From an uncultured Gemmatimonadales bacterium (GTDB lineage Bacteria > Gemmatimonadota > Gemmatimonadetes > Longimicrobiales > RSA9): 64,000 nt of DNA. Where the stretch lies: the NCBI GenBank assembly GCA_963783305.1, contig CAWAMW010000012.1:90843-154842 (forward strand). The letters are read 5' to 3'. The notes under the pieces are model-generated. The model saw only the letters and a list, made by a program, of their open reading frames with translations. It did no database searches and had not been told where the DNA came from. This document shows, in pieces, positions 11,291 through 23,559 of this stretch. The position numbers and the translations under genes are program-made. Position 1 is the first letter of the stretch, and each line of letters opens with the position of its first letter.

Positions 11291-12966
11291 AGCGCTGGGG
11301 CCGCAGTCTGACGATCGCACTGCGGCTGGTGCCATTCCTCATCGCGTTCCTCCGTGACCGCCGCCGGTTCCTGTTCTTCGGCCGGCCGCGGCGGATCGGA
11401 CACGACCGCCACGTGCGGCGGGCGGAGCGACTGACGGCCACCATCGCGCAGCTCGGGCCCACGTTCATCAAGCTGGCGCAGGTGTTCGGCTCCCGGGCGG
11501 ACATCCTGCCCGAGCCGTATCTGAGTGCCATCTCCAGTCTCCAGGACCGGTGCCCGGCCGATCCCCCCGATGAGATCGAGGGAGTGATCGCCGACGAGAT
11601 GGGCCGGCCGGCCGGCGAGCTGTTCGAGTCGTTCGATCGCGAGCCCGTGGCCGCCGCGAGCCTCGGCCAGGTCCACCGGGCACGGCTGGCGGGGCGGGAC
11701 GTGGCGGTCAAGGTGCTTCGGCCCGGCGTGGAGCGCCTGATCGAGCTCGACCTGGAGATCTCGTTCCGGATCCTCTTCTTCCTGAACGTGCTCTTCCGCA
11801 ACCACCACGTGAAGGCGCTCACGAACGTGGTGCGGGAGTTCAGCGTTCGCGTGCGTGTGGAGATGGACTTCCGGGAGGAGGCGCGCCACATGGCGCTCTT
11901 CCAGACCCACTTCGGCGACGACCCGCGTGTGGTGGCGCCGGAGGCGGTGGAGGGGATGGTCCGACGCCGGGTCCTCGTCATGGAGTGGATCGATGGCGAC
12001 CGCGTGGACACGCTGGGTCCGCGGTTCGCCGCCAGCGAGCTCCGGTTCCGCGACCTCATGGAGACGCTGACGGAGATCTACGTCCGGATGCTGCTCGTCG
12101 AGGGCATCCTCCACGCCGATCCCCACCCCGGCAACATCCTCGTGGACCGGCAGGGCCGCGTCGTTTTCCTCGACTGGGGGATGGTGGTCCAGCTCCGACC
12201 CGCCACCCGCGAGCACATCATCCGCATCGGCCTCGCCGCCGCCCGCGAGGATGTGGACGGCATCATCAACGGCATGTACGAGCTCGGCATGATCGACCCG
12301 GACATCTCCCGGGCCGAGATCCGCGACGCCGCCGTGGAGATCCTGTCCATCATCGACCGCGCCCGGGAACTCGGACAGCAGCGTGTTCAGGACATGGTCG
12401 CCGAGATCATGGACACCTTCTACACCTGGCCGCTCATGCTCCCCCGCGAGCTCGTCTACTTCTTCCGCGCGGCGGCGCTCCTCGAGGGGATCGGGTTCCG
12501 CTACGACAGCGCGTTCAACGGCCTGGAGGTGGCCCGCACCGTGGTCGGCCGCATGCGCTCCGAGCTGCTTCGCGCCACCGCGCGCGAGGCCAGCAATGTG
12601 GCCCGCAGTATCTGGGACGACGCCCGGAGCGCCATCACCGGCGTTCGCGACCTCATCCGCCGCGCCGACCGCGAGGAGCTCCGCGTTCGCGTCCACCCCC
12701 GGGACGTCATCCACATCGAACGGTTCTTCTCGCTCCAGATCCGGCGCATCCAGCTGTCGCTCTTTGCCGCCACCATGGCGCTCATTACCGCCGTCGTCTA
12801 TCTGGCCTTTCCCGCGTGGTGGGTGCTGCTCGGCGGCTTCGTGGGCGCGCTCCTCCTCTTCGGCTTCGCCTTTATCATCCCCACCCACCTGCTCGAGAAC
12901 CCCATGCGACACGCGCGCGGCGCCGGCGGCAGCGGACCGCAATCGCTGAGAAGCGACGGGGAGTAG
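11287..12966 (+). CDS. ABC1/UbiB (AarF) family atypical kinase
   Basis: LGPTFIKLAQ, AAASLGQVH, VAVKV.RP, HADPHPGN, LDWGM. Confidence 0.92.
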   Translation: MKRWGRSLTIALRLVPFLIAFLRDRRRFLFFGRPRRIGHDRHVRRAERLTATIAQLGPTFIKLAQVFGSRADILPEPYLSAISSLQDRCPADPPDEIEGVIADEMGRPAGELFESFDREPVAAASLGQVHRARLAGRDVAVKVLRPGVERLIELDLEISFRILFFLNVLFRNHHVKALTNVVREFSVRVRVEMDFREEARHMALFQTHFGDDPRVVAPEAVEGMVRRRVLVMEWIDGDRVDTLGPRFAASELRFRDLMETLTEIYVRMLLVEGILHADPHPGNILVDRQGRVVFLDWGMVVQLRPATREHIIRIGLAAAREDVDGIINGMYELGMIDPDISRAEIRDAAVEILSIIDRARELGQQRVQDMVAEIMDTFYTWPLMLPRELVYFFRAAALLEGIGFRYDSAFNGLEVARTVVGRMRSELLRATAREASNVARSIWDDARSAITGVRDLIRRADREELRVRVHPRDVIHIERFFSLQIRRIQLSLFAATMALITAVVYLAFPAWWVLLGGFVGALLLFGFAFIIPTHLLENPMRHARGAGGSGPQSLRSDGE

Positions 12967-13108
12967 GAGTAGGAGTAGGAGTAGGTACTCCGGCCATCCG
13001 CATGACGCTCTCCTCCCAACCCCCGACTCTAACTCCTGCCTCTACTCCTGCCTCCTACTCCTGCCTCTTACTCCTGCCTCCTACTCCTGCCTCCTACTCC
13101 TGCCTCCT
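12960..13108. repeat. (GGAGTA)4 followed by a complementary TACTCC/CTCCTGC tract
   Basis: Read directly; left flank of the four-helix-bundle gene. Confidence 0.9.
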
Positions 13109-13477
13109 TCGGCTTCGAACGGATCGAGACAGGCCGATCAACATACGGGTGATCGATTCCAGCATGGCCCGGATCTCTGCTCGCAGTTCGGAATCTCCGA
13201 CTCCGAGGCGATCGGCGATGTCGAGGACGGCGGCGCATTCATTCGCGGATCCCGTGGCGATCACGAAAAATTGCGCCTTATCCAGGGGTCGAAAGCGGCC
13301 ATTGCCTTCGGCGATGTTCAGCACGATCAATGTCGCGGCCTTGTGGATCTGCCAGCCGAGGTGGCGCCGCACTCCGGTGAACGCGGGCGCCAGTCGGTCC
13401 ACCAGATCGACAACGTCCAGGGCGGACCGGTAGACCTCTAGCCGCTCGTGATCAAGAACCACCTTCCGTGTCACCAT
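13094..13477 (-). CDS. Four-helix bundle protein (23S rRNA-IVS / bAvd-like family)
   Basis: LDHERLEVY, QIHKAA..IVLNIAEG.GR, F..IA.GSA.EC...LD. Confidence 0.9.
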   Translation of the reverse strand: MVTRKVVLDHERLEVYRSALDVVDLVDRLAPAFTGVRRHLGWQIHKAATLIVLNIAEGNGRFRPLDKAQFFVIATGSANECAAVLDIADRLGVGDSELRAEIRAMLESITRMLIGLSRSVRSRRRQE

Positions 13478-13525
13478 ATCGCAGGGTTGGACGCGCTGTG
13501 GGGCAGGGCGATAGTGGGATCGGAC

Positions 13526-13630
13526 GGAGTAGGAGTAGGAGTAGGAGTAGGAGTAGGAGTAGGAGTCCTACTCCTGCCTCCTGCCTCCTGCCTCCTGCCT
13601 CCTGCCTCCTGCCTCCTGCCTCCTACTCTT
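13526..13630. repeat. (GGAGTA)6 plus (CCTGCCT)7 tandem repeats
   Basis: Counted directly at 13526-13561 and 13573-13621. Confidence 0.92.
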
Positions 13631-13668
13631 ACTTGCGGCCACCTCCCGGCTTTCCGACTTTCCCGCGC

Positions 13669-14811
13669 ATGACCGACGCACCGACACAGCTCACCGAACC
13701 GCACGCGGACCTCCTCGGCCGCTTCCGCGCAGGCCAGCGCGCGGCTCTGGCGCGGGTCATCTCCATCGTGGAAAGCCAGCGGGAGGGCTTCCAGGCGCTG
13801 CTCCACGAGCTGCACCCGGAGATGGTGGGTGCGCGGCGTATCGGCGTGACAGGGCCGCCGGGGGCGGGGAAGTCCACGATAACCGCGTCGCTGATCCAGC
13901 GGTTCAGGGATCGGGGCGAGACGGTGGGCGTCATCGCGGTCGACCCCACCTCGCCGTACACGGGCGGGGCGCTTCTGGGCGACCGGATCCGGATGAACGA
14001 GGTGGCGCAGGGGGAGGGTGTGTTCATCCGGAGCATGGCTACACGCGGCGCCCTGGGCGGGATCGCGGCGGCGACGCGGGAGGTGATCAATGTCATGGCG
14101 GCGTTCGGATTCGATGTCGTCATCGTGGAGACCGTGGGCGTGGGCCAGAGCGAGCTCGACATCGCCGCGGCCGCGGACACCACCGCCGTCGTGCTCGTGC
14201 CCGAGTCGGGCGACGCGATCCAGACCATGAAGGCGGGCCTGATGGAGGCCGCCGACCTGTTCGTGATCAACAAGGCCGATCGCCCCGGCGCGCCGCGGCT
14301 CGCCAAGGAGGTGGAGATGATGCTCCACCTGCGTCTGGGCGACGGGCTCCGCAACATCCCGGCGCACCACGGGGTCCAGCTCCGGCGCGCCGATACGGCC
14401 CGGTCGAAGCGGTCGGCGCGGAAGCGGCGGGAAGGCAGTGCGGAGGACGCCGGCGAGTCCGCGGGTCCGGAATCGTGGAGCATCCCGGTCCTCCTCACGT
14501 CGGCGGAGAAGGGAGAGGGGATCGAGGAGCTGGTCGAGCGCCTCGACGCCCACTCGACGTGGCTGGCGGAGAGCGGCGAGCTGGAGCGTCGTCGTCGGAG
14601 TCGGCTGGAGGAGCGGGTCCGGGACGCGGTGCAGCAGCGGCTCCTGGCGGCGGCCTGGCAGGACTCGGACGGCCGCGGCATCCTGGAGACGTCCATGGAC
14701 GCGCTCAGCGCGGGCGACACGACGCCGTACGAAGTCGCCGAGCGGATCGCCGCGGCGGCCTCCATCCCGACACCGCCGGCGGCTGCCGACGCGGACGGTG
14801 GACGGTCGTAG
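13669..14811 (+). CDS. meaB: Methylmalonyl-CoA mutase-associated GTPase MeaB/ArgK
   Basis: GVTGPPGAGKST, AVDPTSP.TGGALLGDRIRM, ETVGVGQSE, NKAD. Confidence 0.95.
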   Translation: MTDAPTQLTEPHADLLGRFRAGQRAALARVISIVESQREGFQALLHELHPEMVGARRIGVTGPPGAGKSTITASLIQRFRDRGETVGVIAVDPTSPYTGGALLGDRIRMNEVAQGEGVFIRSMATRGALGGIAAATREVINVMAAFGFDVVIVETVGVGQSELDIAAAADTTAVVLVPESGDAIQTMKAGLMEAADLFVINKADRPGAPRLAKEVEMMLHLRLGDGLRNIPAHHGVQLRRADTARSKRSARKRREGSAEDAGESAGPESWSIPVLLTSAEKGEGIEELVERLDAHSTWLAESGELERRRRSRLEERVRDAVQQRLLAAAWQDSDGRGILETSMDALSAGDTTPYEVAERIAAAASIPTPPAAADADGGRS

Positions 14812-15021
14812 CACTCCGGTGTGATGGCGATCCGGGACATCGGCGCGGGTGAGCTCGGGGAGTCCGAGCAGACTACGTGGCTGCGGCAGCGGTCCTGGCT
14901 TCCGAATGGTGAAGTGGCGCCGGCCCGGATCGTGAATCACCCTGAGGGGTAGCCGCAACAGGGTCGTAGAACCAACACAGGGTCGTAGATCCGAACTGTA
15001 ACCCGAATCCCGAAACCCGAT

Positions 15022-16751
<1,730 letters not shown>

Positions 16752-16755
<4 letters not shown>

Positions 16756-17471
16756 GCGCGCCCGACACGACGGAGGGCCGGCCCCTCCGTGCCGTCCTCT
16801 TCGACGCCGGCGGCACCCTGATCCACCCGGACCATGGCTTCCTCCTCGAGCTTCTCGCCGAGGAGGGCGTACGGTCCGACGAGGCGGCGTACCACGATGC
16901 TCGCCGCCGGGCGGACGCCGCCGTGGCCCAGCTCCTCCGGTCCGACTCGCCGGGCACCGACGAGACCCGGGTGCGCGCGTGGTTCGTGACCCTGCTCACC
17001 GCCCTCGGCCTCCCCGAGTCCCGGCTCGAAGACGCCGGCCGCAAGATCCGGCAGCGGCACGCCGATGCCGCGCTCTGGGTTCGTGCCGAGCCCTGCGCCC
17101 GGGCCATGCTCCAGGGCCTCGAGGACGCCGGCCTCCGGCTGGCGGTCATCTCGAACGCCGACGGCCGGGTGGCCCGCTATCTGGACGCCGCTGGCCTCGC
17201 CGACGCGTTCGAGTTCATCCTGGACTCGGGCGCCGTGGGGATCGAGAAGCCGGATCGCCGCATTTTCGACATGGCGCTGGAGCGGCTGGGTCTCGAGGCC
17301 GGCGAGGTCGTGTACGTGGGCGACAGCTGGGAGATCGACGTGGTGGGCGCCCGGGGCGCCGGGATCCGCCCGGTCTACCTCTCCGCGTCCCCTCGCGCTG
17401 GCGCCACCTGCATATCGGGGATCTGCGACCTGCCGGCCGCACTCGCGCTGGGAACGCTCACTCCCGAGTGA
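16752..17471 (+). CDS. HAD superfamily hydrolase
   Basis: AVLFDAGGTL, VISN, EKPD.RIF, VGDS...DV.GA; start uncertain (CTG overlapping the upstream TGA). Confidence 0.88.
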
Positions 17472-17481
17472 GGGCCGCGCC

Positions 17482-18216
17482 GTGACAGCGACCTCGGCCG
17501 ACCGCCACTTCTTCGACGAGGCCTATCACCGCATCCTGGCACCGTTCCACCCGGAGTCCGAGGCGCGGATCGAGACCGCCGCGCTCCGGGAGCTCCTGGG
17601 CCTGGCGCAGGAGGACCGGATCCTGGACCTGGCGTGCGGCTGGGGCCGCCACCTGCGGCTGCTGCGCGGCGCGGGCCACGATGTTGTTGGAGTCGATCTG
17701 TCGGTGGCGCTGCTCCGTCGGGCTCGCGTCGCCGGCGATCCACGTCTCGTCGCCGCCGACATGCTCCAGCTCCCGTTCGCAGCCGGCGTCTTCGATGTGG
17801 TGCTCAACCTGGCCACGAGCCTCGGCCTGTTCCTCGAGGACGACCTGATGCTGAGCGCGCTCCGGGAGGCCCGTCGTGTGCTCCGGCCGGGGGGGCGGCT
17901 CCTCATCGAGGGCATGAACGGTGAGGACGCGATCGCGGGGTACGCGGAACGCGACGCCTGGTCGCTGGAGGATGGAACGGACGTGCGGGTGCGGCGCCGC
18001 CTGGACGAGGCCCGGCGGGTGAGCCACGAAGTGCTGCGCTGGCGGGGTCCCGTGGGCGCCGGGACGAAGCGGCACTCGCTGCGTCTGCGGACCGGCGGCG
18101 AGGTGGCGCGGCTGGTGGGGGAGGCGGGGCTCGAGCTGGAAGCGACCTACGGCGACTGGGACCTCGAGGAGCTTCGGCCGCGCTCGGAGCGCGTGATCGT
18201 CATCGCCCGCCGCTGA
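17482..18216 (+). CDS. Class I SAM-dependent methyltransferase
   Basis: ILDLACGWGRH, GVDLS, ADM..LPF...FD, LRPGG. Confidence 0.9.
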   Translation: MTATSADRHFFDEAYHRILAPFHPESEARIETAALRELLGLAQEDRILDLACGWGRHLRLLRGAGHDVVGVDLSVALLRRARVAGDPRLVAADMLQLPFAAGVFDVVLNLATSLGLFLEDDLMLSALREARRVLRPGGRLLIEGMNGEDAIAGYAERDAWSLEDGTDVRVRRRLDEARRVSHEVLRWRGPVGAGTKRHSLRLRTGGEVARLVGEAGLELEATYGDWDLEELRPRSERVIVIARR

Positions 18217-18318
18217 TGGGCGTCGCCGGGGCGGCGGCCGGGGCGTCGCCGGGGTGGCGGTCGGGCCCTTCGGCTCCTTACTTTCCTGACCCGAGGCGTA
18301 CTGAACGGAGTGACCGCA

Positions 18319-18738
18319 ATGGCAGAGCGAAAGATACGGGTGCTGGTGGCCAAGCCGGGGCTGGATGGCCACGATCGGGGCGCGAAGGTGATGGCCAGCG
18401 CGCTCCGGGATGCCGGGTTCGAGGTGATCTACACGGGTCTCCATCAGACCCCGGAGATGGTGGTGAACGCGGCCGTCCAGGAGGACGTGGACGTGGTCGC
18501 GCTGTCGATCCTGTCGGGCGCGCACATGACGCTCTTCCCCAAGGTGCTGGAGCAGCTCCGGTCGGAAGGGCTGGATGACGTGCTCCTGACGGGTGGTGGG
18601 ATCATCCCGGACGAGGACATGGAGACGCTGAAGGAGATGGGGGTCGGGAAGCTGTTCGGTCCCGGCACGCCCACGAGCGAGCCCATCGAGTACATCCGCG
18701 AATGGTTCGCGGAGCAGCGGACGGCGGGCCAGGTCTGA
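18319..18738 (+). CDS. Cobalamin-binding small subunit of acyl-CoA mutase
   Basis: [31 protein letters not shown]. Confidence 0.95.
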   Translation: MAERKIRVLVAKPGLDGHDRGAKVMASALRDAGFEVIYTGLHQTPEMVVNAAVQEDVDVVALSILSGAHMTLFPKVLEQLRSEGLDDVLLTGGGIIPDEDMETLKEMGVGKLFGPGTPTSEPIEYIREWFAEQRTAGQV

Positions 18739-20369
18739 GCGGCGCGGCGGCGGGGACGGAACGGAAGGAGAAGCGGCTGGAGCGGCTGGTCGCGGAGCTG
18801 GACGAGCTGGAGGCGCGGCTCCGGCAGGGTGGGGGCGAGGCGCGCATCAAGCGGCAGCACGATGCCGGCAAGCTGACCGCCCGGGAGCGGATCTCGCTCC
18901 TGCTGGACCCCCGTACTCCGTTCCACGAGATCGGCATGCTGGTGGCGTGGGACCGCTACGAGGGCCAGGCGCCGGCGGCAGGCGTGGTGACGGGGCTCGG
19001 CGCGGTGCACGGCCGGCCGGTGGTCGTCATTGCCAACGACGCCACGGTCAAGGCGGGGTCCTGGTGGCCCGAGACCATCACCAAGATGCTCCGGGCGCAG
19101 GAGATCGCCATGCGCTGCCGCGTCCCCATCATCTACCTGGTGGATTCCGCGGGCGTGAACCTGCCGTACCAGGGCGGGGTCTTCCCCGGGCAGTATGGCG
19201 CGGCGCGCCTCTTCTACTACAACTCCATCATGCGGCGCTACCTGCGGGTCCCGCAGATCGCGGCGGTGATGGGGCCGTGCATCGCGGGGGGTGCCTACCT
19301 GCCCGCTCTCTCCGATGTGATCCTCATGGTGGAGGGGACGAGCTTCATGGGGCTGGGCGGGCCGAACCTGGTGAAGGGCGCCACCGGGGCCACCGTGGAG
19401 GCGGAGGAGCTGGGCGGTGCGTGGACCCACAACGCCATCTCCGGTGTCGCGCACTACCGCTCGGCGGATGATCGTGCCTGCATCGGTCGGATCCGGCAGC
19501 TCATCGAGGAGCTGCCCTACACGCCGCCCGCCGCGGCCATCGCGGAGGCGGAGGACCCGGCGATCCCCGCCGCGCGCCTCTACGACCTCATACCGGACGA
19601 CCATCGACAGCCGTACGAGATGGAGAAGCTCCTGGGCGCGCTCCTCGATGGCGGCAGCTACGACGAGTTCCAGGCGGACCGCGCCCCCGAGCTGCTGTGC
19701 GCCACCGCCCGGATCGACGGTGTGGCGGTGGGCGTTCTCGCGAACCGGCGCGGCATGATCGCCGATCCCAGAGGCGGCCAGCCGAAGTTCGGCGGGATCC
19801 TCTACACCGACAGCGCGGAGAAAGCCGCCTATTTCATCGACACCATGAATCGGCATGGCACGCCGGTCCTGTTCGTGCAGGACGTGAGCGGCTTCATGGT
19901 GGGGACGGACGCCGAGCATTCGGGGATCATCCGGGCGGGCGCGCGGTTTGTCGAGGCCATGGCCACGGCTCGCGTGCCGAAGATCGTCCTCACCCTGAAC
20001 CACGCCTCCGGCGCGGGCTATTACGCCATGGCCGGGCAGGGGTTCGATCCCGATTTCATCTTCACACTGCCGACAGGGAGGATGGGTGTCATGGAGGGGG
20101 AGAGCGCGGTGGTGGCTCTGTTCGGGCCACAGCTCGACGAGCTGAAGAAGAAGGGCGCAAAGCCCGACTCGGAGCTGCAGCGGAAGATGGATGCGGTTCG
20201 GACGGACTACGAGCACGAGCTCGATGCCCGCCAAGCGGCGGCCCGGGGCTTCGTGGACGCAGTGCTCCGCCCGCAGCAGGTGCGGCCGGCCCTCGGCTTC
20301 GCACTGCGCACGGCGCTCCACAACCCCGGGGCTCACATCGGTCCATTCGGCGAGTTGGAGGCGGTATGA
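18735..20369 (+). CDS. Acyl-CoA carboxylase, carboxyltransferase subunit
   Basis: [40 protein letters not shown]; start is either ATG 18702 or CTG 18735. Confidence 0.93.
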   Translation: MSGAAAGTERKEKRLERLVAELDELEARLRQGGGEARIKRQHDAGKLTARERISLLLDPRTPFHEIGMLVAWDRYEGQAPAAGVVTGLGAVHGRPVVVIANDATVKAGSWWPETITKMLRAQEIAMRCRVPIIYLVDSAGVNLPYQGGVFPGQYGAARLFYYNSIMRRYLRVPQIAAVMGPCIAGGAYLPALSDVILMVEGTSFMGLGGPNLVKGATGATVEAEELGGAWTHNAISGVAHYRSADDRACIGRIRQLIEELPYTPPAAAIAEAEDPAIPAARLYDLIPDDHRQPYEMEKLLGALLDGGSYDEFQADRAPELLCATARIDGVAVGVLANRRGMIADPRGGQPKFGGILYTDSAEKAAYFIDTMNRHGTPVLFVQDVSGFMVGTDAEHSGIIRAGARFVEAMATARVPKIVLTLNHASGAGYYAMAGQGFDPDFIFTLPTGRMGVMEGESAVVALFGPQLDELKKKGAKPDSELQRKMDAVRTDYEHELDARQAAARGFVDAVLRPQQVRPALGFALRTALHNPGAHIGPFGELEAV

Positions 20370-21793
20370 CGACGGATCAGGACGATCCCACCGGCGGCCC
20401 CGGCCCCCAGTATGGCGGCGGGCTGCCCGGGCGGCCCGGACCCGGGCGCACGCGACATACGCTCGTGCGGCGGCTCATGCTGCCGTTCCAGGAGTTCTTC
20501 CAGGCGGAGGCGGCCAGCGGGATCGTGCTGCTGGCGTGCGCGGCCGTCGCGCTGCTGTGGGCGAACTCCCCCTGGGCCGAGAGCTATTTCCACCTGTGGG
20601 AGACGCACGTGGTGGTGGGCGGCGGCGCCCTCGTTCTCGATTACTCCCTTCACTACTGGATCAACGACGGCCTCATGGCCGTGTTCTTCTTCATGGTGGG
20701 GCTGGAGATCAAGCGGGAGGTCCTCGTGGGTGAGCTCGCCTCACCCAAGCAGGCGGCGTTCCCGATCGCGGCCGCAGTCGGCGGGATGCTGGTGCCGGCC
20801 CTCATCTACGTCGCCTTCAACGCCGGCACCCCGGAGCTGCGCGGCTGGGGGACGCCGATGGCCACGGACATCGCCTTCGCCCTCGGCGTCCTGGCGCTCC
20901 TGGGCACCCGCGCGCCCACCGGCCTCAAGATCTTCCTGGCGGCCCTCGCCATCGTGGACGACCTGGGGGCCGTGCTGGTGATCGCGCTCTTCTACTCCGC
21001 CGGCATCGACTGGAGCATGCTGATGTACGGCGGGATCACGTTCATCGTGCTCCTGGGCGCGAACCGGGGCGGCGTGCGGCGCCCGGCCGTGTACGCGGTG
21101 CTCGGTCTCCTGCTCTGGTTCTTCTTCCTGAAGTCGGGCGTGCACGCGACCATCGCCGGTGTGCTGCTGGCGGTGACCATTCCCGCCAAGACGCGGATCA
21201 ACGTGAACGACTTCGTGTCGGACGCGAGGACGTACCTCCAGCGGTTCGAGGCGGACGGGCTGCGTCCGGACCCGGCCGCGCCGCTGACGCCGCAGCAGGA
21301 GTCGGCGCTGGAGCGGCTCGAGGAGGCGGCAGAGGGCGTTCAGTCCCCGCTGCTGAGCATTGAGCACGCCATCGTGCCGTGGGTGGCGTTCGGCATCATG
21401 CCGCTGTTTGCGCTGGCCAACGCGGGTGTGGCGCTGGCACCGGAGGTGGTGAGCGGCCTGGGGAGCCCGGTGGTGCTGGGCATCGCGCTGGGCCTCCTCA
21501 TCGGGAAGCCGGTGGGCGTCGGCCTCTTCGCGTGGGCCGCCGTAAAGCTGGGGATCGCCGGCTATCCGGCCGGGGTCCGGGGGCTCCACCTGGTGGGGGT
21601 CGGGCTGCTGGCGGGGATCGGCTTCACGATGTCGCTCTTCATCGCGGGGCTGGCCTTCGACGGCGTCACGCTGGAGCTGGCCAAGGTCGGCGTGCTGGCG
21701 GCCTCTACGGTCGCCGGTCTCGGGGGTTACCTGGTGCTCCGGGCCAAGGGGAATCCGGGCGAGGTGACGCGTGCACAGCCAAGGGGGCACTGA
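20366..21793 (+). CDS. nhaA: Na+/H+ antiporter NhaA
   Basis: WINDGLMAVFFF..GLEIKRE, PMATDIAFALG, LAIVDDLGA, GIGFTMSLFI. Confidence 0.95.
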   Translation: MTTDQDDPTGGPGPQYGGGLPGRPGPGRTRHTLVRRLMLPFQEFFQAEAASGIVLLACAAVALLWANSPWAESYFHLWETHVVVGGGALVLDYSLHYWINDGLMAVFFFMVGLEIKREVLVGELASPKQAAFPIAAAVGGMLVPALIYVAFNAGTPELRGWGTPMATDIAFALGVLALLGTRAPTGLKIFLAALAIVDDLGAVLVIALFYSAGIDWSMLMYGGITFIVLLGANRGGVRRPAVYAVLGLLLWFFFLKSGVHATIAGVLLAVTIPAKTRINVNDFVSDARTYLQRFEADGLRPDPAAPLTPQQESALERLEEAAEGVQSPLLSIEHAIVPWVAFGIMPLFALANAGVALAPEVVSGLGSPVVLGIALGLLIGKPVGVGLFAWAAVKLGIAGYPAGVRGLHLVGVGLLAGIGFTMSLFIAGLAFDGVTLELAKVGVLAASTVAGLGGYLVLRAKGNPGEVTRAQPRGH

Positions 21794-21794
21794 C

Positions 21795-23177
21795 ATGACG
21801 GATCGCGTGATCCGGATCGGCAGCGGACAGGGATTCTGGGGCGACCGGCTGGACGCCCCCCTCGAGCAGGTCCGCAATGGACCGCTGGACTACCTCATGC
21901 TCGACTACCTGGCGGAGGTCACCATGTCCATCCTCCAGAAGCAGAAGTCACGCGACCCGGAGCAGGGGTACGCGCGCGACTTCGTGCCGTTGATGGAGGA
22001 GCTCTTCCCCGACCTGATCGAAAAGAACGTCCGGGTGGTCACCAACGCCGGCGGGGTCAACCTCGAGGGCTGCAGGGACGCGCTGCTCCAGGCGGCCCGC
22101 AAATCCGCGACGAAGCACGGGCGCCGACCCCGCGTCGGTGTGGTCATGGGCGACGACCTGCTGGGTCGGCTCGAATCGTTGGTGGAGGAGGGGCATGAGC
22201 TGCGGCACATGGAGACGGGCGCGCCGCTCAGCGATGTGCTCGACCGCGTCGCCGCCGCCAACGCCTACATCGGCGCGGAGCCCATCGTACGGGCGCTGGA
22301 GAAGGGTGCCACGGTCGTGGTCACGGGCCGCTCCACCGACACCGCCCTGACGTACGGCCCCATGGTCCACGAGTTCGGCTGGGCGCCCGACCAGTGGGAC
22401 CGTCTGGCGGCGGGCGTCGTGGCCGGGCACATCAACGAGTGTGGCGCTCAGGCCAGTGGTGGGAACTGCCTCATCGACTGGGACACCATGCCCGACCTGG
22501 CCGGGATCGGGTACCCCGTGATCGAGGCCCATCCGGACGGCAGCTTCGTCGTGACGAAGCACGAGGGTACGGGCGGCCGGATCAACCCGGCCGTGGTGAA
22601 GGAGCAGCTGCTCTACGAGATGGGTGATCCGGCAGAGTACATCACGCCCGACGTGGTGGCGGATTTCACCACCATCCGGCTCGAGCCGGATGGCGAAAAC
22701 CGTGTGCGCGTGACCGGCGTGAGGGGCCGGCCGCGCACCGACATGCTCAAGGTCTCCATCGCCTACCGCGCCGGCTGGAAGGCCGTGGGCACTCTGGTCT
22801 ATTCCTGGCCCGACGCCGTCAGGAAGGCCCGGGCGGCCGACCGCGTGCTCCGCGAGCGCCTGGACCGGCTGGGGCTCGAGTACGACGAGATCCTCACCGA
22901 GCTCGTGGGCTGGAACTCCACCCACGGTCACCTGGCGGGGCCGCCGCCCGACGACCTCCCCGAGATCCAGCTCCGCGTGGCCGTGCGCTCCCACGATCGC
23001 AACGCCGTCGAGCGCTTCAGCCGCGAAATCGCGCCCCTGATCCTCTCCGGCCCGCCTTCCGTCACCGGGTTCGCCGGCGGCCGGCCCCGGGTCCAGGAGA
23101 TCATGGCGTTCTGGCCAGCGCTCATCGACCGCTCCGCCATCGAGGCGGATCTGCGGGTGGAGGTGACCGAAGCGTGA
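21795..23177 (+). CDS. Acyclic terpene utilization AtuA family protein (N-terminal part)
   Basis: IRIGSGQGFWGD, DYLAEVTM, NAGGVN, GHINECGAQASGGN, EQLLYE. Confidence 0.9.
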   Translation: MTDRVIRIGSGQGFWGDRLDAPLEQVRNGPLDYLMLDYLAEVTMSILQKQKSRDPEQGYARDFVPLMEELFPDLIEKNVRVVTNAGGVNLEGCRDALLQAARKSATKHGRRPRVGVVMGDDLLGRLESLVEEGHELRHMETGAPLSDVLDRVAAANAYIGAEPIVRALEKGATVVVTGRSTDTALTYGPMVHEFGWAPDQWDRLAAGVVAGHINECGAQASGGNCLIDWDTMPDLAGIGYPVIEAHPDGSFVVTKHEGTGGRINPAVVKEQLLYEMGDPAEYITPDVVADFTTIRLEPDGENRVRVTGVRGRPRTDMLKVSIAYRAGWKAVGTLVYSWPDAVRKARAADRVLRERLDRLGLEYDEILTELVGWNSTHGHLAGPPPDDLPEIQLRVAVRSHDRNAVERFSREIAPLILSGPPSVTGFAGGRPRVQEIMAFWPALIDRSAIEADLRVEVTEA

Positions 23178-23226
23178 CCGCCCTCTACCGCAGCCGGTCC
23201 GAGACCCCCCAAACCGGCAGGACCCC

Positions 23227-23559
23227 ATGGCTCTGATCCGCCTGAACGAGATCGCCCACGCCCGGTCGGGTGACAAGGGCGACACGGTGAACGTCGGCGT
23301 CATCGCATACGACCCGGCGCACTACGACCTCCTCGTGGAGCACCTGACGACCGAACGTGTGAAAGAGCACTTCGGCGACATGGTCAAGGGGGAGGTGGAA
23401 CGGTTCGAGCTGCCCAACCTGGGGGCGCTCAACTTCCTGCTCCACAACGCACTGGGCGGTGGTGGGACGGTGTCGCTCATGACGGACGCGCAGGGGAAGA
23501 CGTTCTCCACCGCCATGCTGCGGCTGGAGCTCGAAATCCCTTCCGAAACGGGCGTTTGA
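23227..23559 (+). CDS. AtuA C-terminal-like small protein
   Basis: AHARSGDKGD..NVGV, RFELPNL.ALNF, LGGGG..SL..DAQGK. Confidence 0.88.
   Translation: MALIRLNEIAHARSGDKGDTVNVGVIAYDPAHYDLLVEHLTTERVKEHFGDMVKGEVERFELPNLGALNFLLHNALGGGGTVSLMTDAQGKTFSTAMLRLELEIPSETGV

Noticed and set aside
13094..13477. Diversity-generating retroelement (Avd-like gene)
   Set aside because: No reverse transcriptase and no template/variable repeat pair in the window
14812..15021. Cobalamin riboswitch upstream of the mutase gene
   Set aside because: Only an ACTGTAA fragment resembles the consensus; the other core elements could not be identified
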